Origin: Amphiscolops sp. MND2022 | Lineage: Eukaryota | Reading direction: 5' to 3' | Length of the DNA: 64,000 nt | Assembly: GCA_964187785.1 (NCBI GenBank) | Contig: OZ076419.1 | Location: 20,584,001-20,648,000, forward strand | Part shown: one piece after another, positions 26,591-37,219 of the stretch | Position numbering within the stretch: position 1 is the first letter of the stretch | Layout: the number at the start of each line of letters is the position of its first letter | Notes under the pieces: generated by a model | Database searches by the model: none | Told to the model about the DNA's origin: nothing | Seen by the model: only the letters and a program-made list of their open reading frames with translations | Made by a program: the position numbers and the translations under genes

Positions 26591-29500
26591 GCAGATATTC
26601 AGAAGGCAATCTTCATTCTGGTACTCCTGCCCAGAAACGACAGAAGACAGTGACAATGGTTACTCCTGATGTCAATTCTCGTGTCCAAAACCGACCAACG
26701 TCATCAGCGACGACTGTTACTACTGAAGGCAGCTCTCCTGTCCAAAAGCGACGAAAGTCAACAGCGACGATTGTCACACCTGAAATAAGTTCGACTCCAG
26801 TTCCACCAATCAATGTTGAAAGTCATCGCAAAGAGAATAGCGAGTCGTATATCATGTGGGTTGGGGATGAGTGAACTGGAAGGTCCTTTAGAATCTTTCG
26901 TTAACAACGACAACACTCAACTTGCCCTTTAATTGAACTCTTTTCTCGAAGGAATGATGTACTTCAAAGCAGTCAACGATCCAGCGTTGATGGGAGATTT
27001 TCTAATTTTGAACGACTGTCAAATATTAAGCAAGCTGAAATCGGAGAACTTTCAAATGTTACCGATTGTTTAAAGAGTTTGCGAAGAGACAAAACGGCGA
27101 GTCTGAAAGTTTGGGATCCGCGTCTGCAAGTTGGATATTGCATTTGGAAGGTGGCACAATTGTGAGTATTTTGAGTTTGGATGTTGGAAATCGTTTGAAA
27201 CAGACAAAACTGCGAGTCTGAAAATTGGAGATCCGCGACTGCAAGTAGGAGATCGTCATTTGGAAGGTGGTACAGTTGCAAGTATTTCAAGGTTGAAAGT
27301 TGGAGCTCAAGAAAATTCTCACAAATTAGCCGCCGAGACACACATTGATCCAAATGCAAGCATAGAATGGAACGTGCAAAGAGCTTCCTATGCGCGAAAT
27401 GATGGAAACGATGATACAAGCGAAACAGACTCAAGTGATGCTGATGTTGATAATGATACGGAGGTTGACACTGGAGAACCAAAATTACGTGCCATTAATA
27501 AGCTACCAGAGCAAACGCCCCTCAGTGGAAAAGTGTATTCTTTGCTCAAAGGTAGTGCATAAAATGAGAGATCATTTCAGTAACCTGCGTAAACTTTCAC
27601 AGAGTGACCCTTAACATACCACAGTACTATCAAATCGGATCAGTGCTTTCTGTGCAATGTTTGTAATCTGAGGATGGGTGATAAACACAGGCACCCAAAG
27701 GAACACAATGCAGAGAGAAGTGGAGAACGCGAGGACATCAGTTTTTTTCCTCTGAGCATTGTTGCAATAGAGAACTTTGAAAGTGACCTACACTTACCGA
27801 ATTCTCAGTTTGTCGAGGAGTGGATAAGTCATCAAATAGGCATATTTTCTGATGGAGATGTATCGGGACAATGGGACATACCCGCAACTCAAAAAACTTT
27901 ATGTAAAGCAATTCACGCAACTGCCACACTGACAGTTGCGCTTTGCTGACACACTTGCTCTAGCTGTCTTAGTGGGAAATTGTTTGGACGAAAAATCTTA
28001 CCCGAATTACAGTGGCCAATTACATTTGTAGTTTGGAGAAACTAATCAAGTACGCCAAGGCTTATAAACCATCGCAAATCGCTGGACGTTCCCAAGTTGA
28101 AACTCCTTCGTCTTCTTTGATGAGCAGATATTCAGAAGGCAATCTTCATTCTGGTACTCCTGCCCAGAAACGACAGAAGACAGTGACAATGGTTACTCCT
28201 GATGTCAATTCTCGTGTCCAAAACCGACCAACGTCATCAGCGACGACTCTGTGTGATAGGGGCAGGATTGTGTATTTGCAGTTGGAAGCCGGAAGTATTC
28301 ATCGAATCTAGTGTGCAAAAGGGGAGTACATACAGTAGTAGCATTCCAGTTTGTTTTATCATTCTGAAGTGGCGTGCTTGAGTTGACATGAAATGAGATT
28401 TGATTGGTGCAATAATTTTTACACTGTTGTTTCTATAAAACTTGTTGTTTTGTCATTCGTTTATATTTCTCTGGATAGTTGGTTAATAGTTGTATGCTTG
28501 AAATTTCTGGCTTGAATAAAATTACTGAACAGCTCCCAAGAGTGCAAAAGATGGGAAAACATCTTTGGGCTGCTTCTAATGTCAAAAAATTTTGTGGAAC
28601 TTATTTTCGTTTTTCACGAGAGTTGACAAAGCCATGTCGCAGAATCTACTGAAAAACTGGGGTCTTTTCTTTTATCCCCCCAGCCTACTAGGCTTAAAAT
28701 TTTCCCTCATCAACATTTCATTTTTTAGGATATGAATCGTAGTATATGACTCACTCCTCAATGAATTGGGGGAGGGGGTAGGGTGACAAATCTGCTGCCG
28801 GAACAGAAAAGACCCAACCTATCAAAGACGTGAAAAACTGGAAATTTGCGGAAAATTGATTTCAGATCGTGAGAGCTGTGATTTGTCTCCACCAAGCATT
28901 GATTTTGCCTTTAACCTACAATATTCGAGTCTTTTCTGTCATTTCCCCCAAAACTCATTAAGAAGTGTTTTCTATTCGAGTTGCTTCGATTCTTTGTTAC
29001 CCCAGTTTGTCCTCATTTGAATGCATTAACTATGACCTAGCTGCTGCTTTTACGGGTTTCTCGGTTCCGCTAGTTGCATTTCGTGAAAAGCCAGTTGCAC
29101 TTGTTTAAACGTCAGTTTCAGATCGCAGAGAGCCAGTTGTGCATGGTTCGCTGCACAGCGTTATTTTGTAATTGAAACTGTGAATTTCGTTTGAATTTTG
29201 AATGTTTTATGCGCTACCTATGTATTACCAAATGCAGTCCAAACCTGTAAAGAACAGTTGAAGGATCTAATCGATCGTTTGAGGAGCTTTTTTCTTTGGT
29301 TTTACCTTGGTTATTAGTTCTGGAATAGTGAAGCGCCAGCTAGCATTTACAGCAAAGCGCCAGTAATTAGTAGTCGCTGAGTTGGCGTTTTACAGTTCCA
29401 ACAGAGGATGCCACTTTTGGTAAACTCCTAGTTTTTTGTCCTCCCGCCGTGTTAAACGCCAGTTGCTTATCACTTTTTGACAAAAATTCGATGACCATAA

Positions 29501-30325
29501 GCGTAGTAGATGGGTAGATCAAATCCATAGTTCACATGGGTGGACCAACCTTATGGGTCTAGTGACGCGAATAACGTCTGAGGATTAATGTCTAAAGGTG
29601 TTTTGTGAAAAACATCTAAAAATCAATGTGTTAGAATACGGATTGAGCATGTCATGCCTTTAGACGATATTCCCATGTTGCTTTTAGATCCTTAGACGTT
29701 CCCGCACCCCTTCTGGGTCCTCGAAACTAACTCCATGGGATTTCAATTTCACGCGATACCTTGGGCAGTGCTTTGTCTTAGTTTGTTAGCGCAATACTTG
29801 TTTGAAAAAAGTGAATTTTGAGGATGATCGCCGCCTTTATTGCGGGCATTTCAACCAGATTAGCTAAAATGAGATTTTTAATGTAATGACCACATGTATG
29901 GTGAAATTTTGTTCAGGCGAAATATCACTGCAGTCAAGCCGAGGATACTTTGAGCCACCTTATACGTGAACGCGCCAAAAATATGATAGGAAGAAAGTTT
30001 CAGCAAGGATGGATAGAGGGATAACGTCGAGTCGGGACGCTATCTCCGAATTTTGATTCTCGCATTAGTACGGAGAAATGTATCTTTCTTCCAAATATGA
30101 TAATTTCAATTGAATGCACGTGACATGGTTTCAGATCCGGGTAAAAAAAGCGAAATACGGATTGGACATGCCAGACGGTTTTTAGATGTCGCCTTTAGAC
30201 ATTAATCCGTGCTTGTCTTGACGATTATCTGCGAATCGTTTTTTAGGGTCTCCTTCGATGTGTTACAACTATTTTCGTACTTGTAGATCACTGAGTATTA
30301 CTTAAGTTTCTTGGTTTCCTTTCAG

Positions 30326-30780
30326 ATTTCGAAACTTTGTGAAAGTTTTGAGATGGTACGTTCGCGACAGCTAGTCAAATGGAGGCGTGATCCGAACAAC
30401 TACCTGGACGACGACCCTCCAGACTTCATTGTCAAAAATTCACTGAGCATAAATGCAAGTCGTTGGCCTCTTTGGACCCGAAGTTTCGATACGAGGCAGT
30501 TTCTAATAGTCTACAGGGGAGATCGAGTATCAGGTGGAGATAGCTCCGATAACGTGTACACATTTGATTCTGGACCTCCTCATTTTGTGTTAATTGATTC
30601 ATCAAAACAAGAAGATTGCTTGGCGAGGTATCTCAATGATTCGGATAGTAAATTTGAAGAAAATTGTCGGCCAGTCCAGTTTTGTGATAAACAGGGTCAA
30701 ACCAACATTGCGTTTTACAGCACTCGAGAAAGAACTCCGATACAATCATCAGTGCGTTGAGGCGCAGTGGAAACAGGCAG
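30326..30780 (+). pseudogene. SET domain (PR-Set7/KMT5A-like lysine methyltransferase fold), frameshifted near its C-terminus
   Basis: DPPDFIVKNS...FLIVYRGDRV...NVYTF...LIDSSKQEDCLARYLNDS...ENC...IAFYSTR, then ELRYN in the next frame (30732). These match the SET motifs YxG, RxxNHS and ELxYDY. A polypyrimidine-CAG acceptor precedes 30326. Confidence 0.75.
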
Positions 30781-31182
30781 CTGTAAAGTCAGTGAATGCA
30801 GGAGGTACAAAAGAATCAGAACCCAGAGAAAGAATTGAAGAGGATGAAAAACCAGAGACAGATCATGTAGTTCTTGGAGAACCACTAACTGTTAACACAG
30901 AACTAACTCTTAACCAAAACACTGAGGAACAAATTGCGAGCAACAGTTTCGATCTTCTTGAAATTTCCAATGAATTTGACATTGATTCTATTGAAATCAG
31001 CCCCTTTCTTGAATCTTCTCAAAAAATGGAATGCCAAGCCCAAAATCCCGGTAACTTTAGTAACATAACGTCCAAGAATTTTCTCACTGAGAAGGAGCCA
31101 GGAGCCGGACTCTTTGGAATGGCAAACTCCAACCACCTTCAACCGTCCAATCAACCATGTTTAATGACAAACTTGGAACTCA

Positions 31183-32126
31183 CCAATGACGTGGCCACCA
31201 AAAGAGATCACTCCCGTCAATGACGGGCCTACATGAAGAGAGCCAAAAGAGATCACTCCCGCCAATGACGGGCCTCCGCCAAAAGAGATCACTCCCGCCA
31301 ATGACGGGCCTCCGCCATAAGAGATCACTCCCGCCAATGACGGGCCTCCGCCAAAAGAGATCACTCCCGCCAGTGACGGTCCTCCGCCAAAAGAGATCAC
31401 TCCCGCCAATGACGGACCTCCACCAAACGAGATCACTCCCGCCAATGACGGGCCTCCGCCAAAAGAGGTCACTCCCGCCATTGACGGGTCTCCACCAAAG
31501 AGATCACTCCCGCCAGTGACGGGCCTCCACCAAAAGAGATCATTCCCGCCAGTGACGGGCCTCCACCAAAAGAGATCATTCCCGCCAATGACGGGCCTCC
31601 ACCAAAAGATACATCACGCCAATGACGGGCCTCCACCAAAAGATCACTCCCGCCAATGACGGGCCCCCACCAAAAGAGGTCACTCCTGCCAATGACGAGC
31701 CCCACCAAAAAAGGTAACTCCCGCCAATGACGGTCCTCCACCAAAAGAGATCATTCCCGCCAATGACGGGCCTCCACCAAAAGATACCTCACGCCAATGA
31801 CGGGCCTCCACCAAAAGATCACTCCCGCCAATGACGGGCCCCCACCAAAAGATGTCACCCCCGCCAATGACGGGCCCCACCAAAAGAGGTCACTCCCGCC
31901 AATGACGGTCCTCCACCAAAAGAGATCATTCCCGCCAATGACGGGCCTCCACCAAAATATCAATCACGCCAATGACGGGCCTCCACCAAAAGATCACTCC
32001 CGCCAATGACGGGCCCCCACCAAACGAGGTCACTCTCGCCAATGACGGGCCCCCACCAAAAGAGGTCACTCCCGCCAATGACGGGCCTCCACCAAAAGAA
32101 GTCACTCCGCCACTGACAGGCCTCCA
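31183..32126 (+). repeat. 36-bp minisatellite (~26-27 units, some 33-34 bp), likely coding (NDGPPPKEITPA)n
   Basis: Consensus aatgacgggcctccaccaaaagagatcactcccgcc; units abut directly with no spacers. It lies between the SET domain and the zinc fingers. Confidence 0.95.
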
Positions 32127-32269
32127 GTAAATGACGTTACCAAAGTAAATATTTCAGAACTGTTTCTTTATGGCAAGGACGAAGAAGATTCTCAAGGCAA
32201 AAAAGAAAAACGTAATCGCCATCGTCGAAATAAACTGAAAACTTGTCTTCACTATGCAACATGAGTTGA

Positions 32270-33010
32270 ATGACTCTCATACTTTCATTGATGGCCCTGT
32301 TTCAAAGTTCATACAGTCACACCAGAGGTGACTCCTCTGATAAGGAGAGGTCTGATGCTGAATCTACTGGAGAACACGAGGAGACCCAATGGGCCACCAG
32401 AAATTCGAAACACAAAGACCAGAAATTGAGAAGTGTCTTATCTGTAACAAAAATGTAAAGAAAATGCGTGATCACTGAGTAAGGCACACCACCTCGGTGA
32501 TGAACCCCGAGCAAAAAACTTTCTGGGCACTCATTATTCAAACTAGTCCACAGTTGCTACGCTGCTACTAATGCCTAGTTTGTTTAACAAGAATGAGCTT
32601 CAATGCTACACATCCAAAACAAGCTGCAGAGGATCTTTAATCGAGGAGATATCCAGCTCTTTCCAATGGAGGTTCAACTCACACTTCGTCGGCTCAAAGA
32701 GTCACTTGCTAAGCCCTATGAGAACATAGTTGAGCAATTCAACAGCTATATGGGGCCATCGCATCGGTTTCAAAAGTGAGCTCCACACTGAAGGTCTTCA
32801 TTGGTCAAAACATTTTGCAAACCAAAGAATTTAGTTCGACGACAGCTTGCTGCTTGTGTGCAGAAGTGCTCGCGGGAGCTCGGACTCGCTATCAAAGTGC
32901 AGCGCAGAAAGAAAAGAGACAGAAATCTAAAGAGCTGTATGCCAAAGTAACGACTTTGAAAGAAGTGCAGGAGATTAATTCTCTGATTCAAGACTTTCTA
33001 CATTCGAATT
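32270..33010 (+). pseudogene. Acidic linker, two zinc-finger motifs and N-terminal part of the recombinase; diverged paralog of the array gene
   Basis: KCLICNKNVKKMRDH (32431) matches array KCILCSKVVHKMRDH. RCY*CLVCLTRMS matches QCFLCNVCNLRMS. ARTRYQSAAQKEKRQKSKELYAKVTTL matches VKARYQKGSLKDRRQTRQKLFQKVPDL. Confidence 0.7.
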
Positions 33011-33089
33011 AATCGGAAAGTCCTCCATTATAAAGAATTCTCAACGATTTTTTTGCTGCTTTCGTTTAGACTTAAGGGCGGGCATAAAT

Positions 33090-35695
33090 CAATGTTGAGC
33101 TCTATGTAAATAGAGTCCGACTTGAAGGAACAAACGCTTGAACGAAATTCGCTCGAAAATTTTTGATATGTTGGGTAATGAAACTGGTCTGTAGTTTTCG
33201 GCGTTCATTTTACTTCCTTTTTCGTAAACTGGACTTCCAATGGCTTCATTCCACGATGAATGGAAGGTTGAGGTTGGGAACACGTTTTGAATATCTCGAA
33301 AAGCGATGCTGAGATGTGGTCACTGACTTCGCGGAAGAGGATTGGGGGTAGATTGTCTGGTCCTTTGCTCTTATTCACAGGAAGTTAACTACAAATGTTT
33401 GAAATCTGTCTCGTGAACTCGACGTTTTCAAACTTGGGATAAAACATTTCTTGAGAAATTGGTTCTTCTAACTTTCAGGATGTTTCATACGTGGAAGCGA
33501 AGAAGTCGGCAAAAAGTCTGGCTTTTCCGCGTCTTAATGAGCCTCTTCTTTTCCGCATTTCAATTTAGACGGTATTTTTTATTTCTTGAAGGCTTTGAAA
33601 TGCTTGAAGAGATTCGCTGAAGACCTTGTAGCTGCTAGTTGGCTTTCATAACTAGTTTTGTCTTCTTGTGCCATTGCGTTGGGCATTAGGAATAATTCCT
33701 GGACTGATGGATGAGTTTCGTGGTATCTTTTCCGCGTTGTTTCTCAACGTTCCAGCGTGTGCGATGTCTCGCGGGATATCCATGGTAATAGGGATGATCG
33801 ATGTCTCGTTAATCTAGGCACCGAGTCGACATTGCAAAAGTTATAAACTTTTTTCCAGGGGTTTTCATGTAAATTTCTCCTCCAATAGCAGTGAAAACCA
33901 TTGGAGTGTGTGAGGACAGATTACAGACAATCTCGTGATCGCGAAGTGGTTCTAAGTCTATATCGCAGATGTTTCTGGAAACCAACATAAGATCCAGAAT
34001 GTCAGTGGCAGATGTTTTGATGTCGATTTTTTGTTGCAGATTCAGATCATTGATGTTTTCTAGGAACATTGCTCTCGATCTGTTCCAGGTTCGATGGTGT
34101 TCCAGTTAATTTGATCAAGGTTTAAGTCGCGGTACACTGAGTTCACCGTGAGCTTTCTGTTGTTTCTTTCAAAATAAGAATAGTTGTTCAAAGTCATCTA
34201 TAGTAAAAGTGTACTTACTGTTGTGTGGGGGTGAGTGAACGCAAACAACACAGAAAGATTTCCTAAGCTAACTTGGCATGTAGCTATGGATCCATTCTTA
34301 TCATAGTCGGTTTGTATTTCGTCTGAGGAGATTGAACTTTTGATAGCAACCATAGTTCCTCCGTGGGAAGTAAAACCTTCCTTCGCTGATCGTTTTGAGC
34401 GGTATAAAGTGTAGTTTTGTAGGAAAATTCTGCATCAGAGATCTCTTTTGTGAGCCAGGTTTCGCAACGACACGAAACATCGAAGTTGTACAATGACATT
34501 ATTTTAGAGCAAACTGTGCGCCTTTCAGCTCGGAACAGACTGTTAACATTGTAACAGAACATTTCAACTTCACCTGTACTGTTTCCTAGTCAGTCGCCTA
34601 GTTTGACGGCAACAACTTTGGAGTACAGCGATCCCTTTCTTATTTTCAGGTCTTTCGATTCCACTTCTGAAACCAACAGCTCTTTCCGTTTTTCAGAAGT
34701 TTCTGTGCAAGCTTTCGCTCTTTCAAGCTTAAAGACTTTGATACAAAAATTGAATACTTTTTCTGATTCTACGTTGGTCAATTTTTGAAGGCGGCTGCAC
34801 GAAATATTCTTGAGCAAAACATTCTTGAGGGAATTCCATCAGTAAAGGCCAGGGATGTTGTTTATTAGGGTTGTAGGCGCCCAAGCGTCTGAAAGATGAG
34901 ATCTCTCCGGCTTCGACGCCCAAGATTTTCATGGCCGATCCCAACTGTTCTTTCACATGTTGAAGATTTCCCTTCGGTTTTCAGCTGTTGGGTGTTATTT
35001 TCTCAGCTTTACATTCAGGAATCCCCGAAAAACGCAGCTCGTTTATAATAAAAAAGTAATGGCGCGTTCGTATTTGCCCGAAATATCGCAGGCTGGGACC
35101 GATGAACCCACTCGAAAACAAAGATATCGATAGCTACAGATCCTCAGATACGATCTGCTGAACTGTTGTATAGTGATAGTCGATTATCAGCAGAAGAGTT
35201 TTTAGCGCATATTGCGCATTCAACTGAAGCCTCATCAAAGCGCATGAAAATGCAAAAGCTTCCAATTGTGAATGAAGAGCTGGAAAATTGTGAACCTGTT
35301 GAGGAGGAATTGAAGATGTTGACGATCTTGACTGCTCTGAAGATTTCGAAGAGGACTTTTCCTCATGAGTCGGTTGTGACAAGCACGCAATTGCATGTAT
35401 CGTTCGTCCGTGTGGACACATGCTGTGCAATTCTTGCGGGGGTCTCAAATATTGCAAGTTTTGTGGGGAGACTTCGGTGGCAAAGACTTTGACTGTTGAT
35501 GTTCATCAAATTTTGATACTCGGTTTTATTTCATTTCTTGTGGTGAGAATTTTGTTCTGTTATGTGCCGTCTTACTGCGTTATTATTGGTCTGATTGTTT
35601 TTCGTCTTGATTTGATGATTTGCTAACTTCTTTTAAAAACTCAATTTTAGATCTTATTCCGTTCGATCTGATTCTATTAGATCGTAGGCGCTACA
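33090..35695 (-). mobile_element. Decayed CR1/L2-type LINE: ORF1, APE endonuclease and start of RT; RT body missing
   Basis: ORF1-like FRRLGAYNPNKQHPWPLLMEF (34956-34729); endonuclease CYNVNSL...CETWLT (34562-34284) and ILDLMLVS...SSH (34069-33809); RT start NYRPVSLPNISKIFER (33283-33130). Confidence 0.8.
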
Positions 35696-35989
35696 CAAGT
35701 TTCTTAAATCTTAATCCATTAGATATTATTCCATCTTCCAAATTTGAGCATGATGACATGCTTAGCTTTGATTTTCCTTCAGTTTTTGCTCATACATCTG
35801 AATTTAGTCTTTCTCTTGCCAAACTAATACTTTTGAAACTTTCACCAAGTTGCAAGAGCAATCATCCGAAACGTTTTCTACTCCTACGATTCTGAACGAA
35901 GTTTTGATATTCGGGCTTCACAAAGATCCACAACCTTTCCACTGCATGCCCTATACTAATTACTCGGAAGCTATGTTTCTCGAATATTT

Positions 35990-36524
35990 CAGATTGGATG
36001 CTAAATAAAACAAAATAACATTTGCCATTGATCAGGGGAAATCAGATTGAAAGATAAGCCCGAACACACTAACGAGCATCTTATTGAGAGTTCCAGTTGA
36101 TTACTCAAGTCGTCCGCGCCACCGTGCGAAATCATCTTCGATTGGGACACTTCAGGATCCCAACTTATCTGAAAAACAATTCCATTTACAGAACTCAAGT
36201 CGGCATGCAGGACTAACGTCTCAATGTACATACAACGTTCAAAGCCAAGTCATGCTCATAACCTATTTTTATACGAGAGAGAGAAAACACTTATTCGGAC
36301 AACATATCGATCTCATCAGTTACGACGTACAAGCCATTAAATTGGAACTCACGAAACTTTACTGGAAGTATGTCAACCAAAGATACACAGAAAATAACCT
36401 CTGCACCTGAAGAACTTTGTGCTTCTGCGACAATTGCAATAACTATGGAAAACTTACTGATTTATCAACTGAGGGCTGAAATCCCTTGGGCGTGCCCTAA
36501 AGTTTATACTACTACTACTACTAC
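35990..36524 (+). mobile_element. 3' end of a LINE with (TAC)6 tail
   Basis: The C-terminal peptide LTKLYWKYVNQRYTENNLCT*RTLCFCDNC resembles a Cys-rich ORF2 end; tac x6 at 36507-36524. Confidence 0.55.
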
Positions 36525-36536
36525 ACTGTATTACTG

Positions 36537-36540
<4 letters not shown>

Positions 36541-36568
<28 letters not shown>

Positions 36569-36930
36569 GGGTTTTTCCCGAAGGAGGGGACAGGGTCCCA
36601 GAATTCCACAGGTTCTCCTTAAAGTTGTCCGGCTTTCGCCTAACTCGTCATTTTCCACGTCGACTTTATATGATAATTGTAGGAATTGGCAAAATATTCT
36701 TTGAAAACTTTGGTAAGATCTTCTTTAATTGTGGGAGATAGTAGGTCAATGTCTTTCTTGGTCGCTTGGTGAATCGCAATAGACCGGTACCAGAAATTTT
36801 GTCTACTTGAAGATAATCGCAGTTTCGGTAGTACAAATAATTCGGACTCGGCAGCTCTCGTTCTTTTATCTGAAGGGGGAAAACGTACCTTCGGCTCCCA
36901 GTCATAGTTGTACTTGTCATTGACTATTCA
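36541..36930 (-). mobile_element. 3' end of a LINE with (ATT)9 tail
   Basis: The minus frame LFVLPKLRLSSSRQNFWYRS...KEDLTKVFKEYF resembles an ORF2 C-terminus; (taa)9 at 36541-36568. Confidence 0.6.
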
Positions 36931-37020
36931 TATAGGGGTAGCCGATGCCAGTATACAATAAGTGTAGATTGATTTATGCTGAAGCATAAATGATTTTTTA
37001 TAGTTTTACAGGGCAATAAG

Positions 37021-37219
37021 TCACGTGAAGCGGAAATCACGCCAAGTATGAGATGTATGGATAGGCATACGACTACTTTCCAAAGATAGATGCTTTCTGA
37101 GACGACTTTTGAATGTGTGTAGACATATACTAATGTCTCTCAAGCACAACGGTAGTGAGTTCCACTTCGAAGAAGAATGATGAAAGAAAGAACTGAAGAG
37201 AGATACATGACTTCCCACG
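37021..37219 (-). mobile_element. LINE ORF2 C-terminal fragment abutting the BEL/Pao 3' LTR
   Basis: SFFHHSSSKWNSLP...FKSRLRKHL is a typical CR1/L2 RT C-terminus. Confidence 0.65.

Larger units (their letters stand above)
8819..28248 (+). repeat. Tandem array of 10 complete units plus 1 partial unit, order L L S S S S L S S L s (L 2213-2244 bp, S 1501-1535 bp)
   Basis: The marker gagtcgtatat occurs at 8819, 11063, 13291, 14826, 16355, 17883, 19411, 21627, 23128, 24629 and 26842. The last unit breaks off at 28248. Confidence 0.97.

Noticed and set aside
9035-27949. Dozens of 60-170 aa ORFs on both strands of the array as separate genes
   Set aside because: They are alternative or antisense frames and stop-bounded pieces of one decayed gene, repeated by the array.
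8819-28248. Prophage or bacterial integrase island
   Set aside because: No phage or bacterial genes are present, and the surroundings are LINEs, BEL/Pao elements and GPCRs. The YR is frameshifted and linked to eukaryotic SET and zinc-finger modules.
31161-32009. Gly-rich (GGGPSLAGVISF)n and (MTGLRQKRSLPP)n proteins
   Set aside because: These are shadow frames of the minisatellite.
31183-32126. CRISPR array (36-bp repeats)
   Set aside because: The units abut with no unique spacers, there are no cas-like ORFs, and the context is eukaryotic. It is a minisatellite.
36666-36920. Penelope GIY-YIG endonuclease
   Set aside because: No GIY/YIG motif in any frame; another frame fits a LINE ORF2 C-terminus with an (ATT)n tail.
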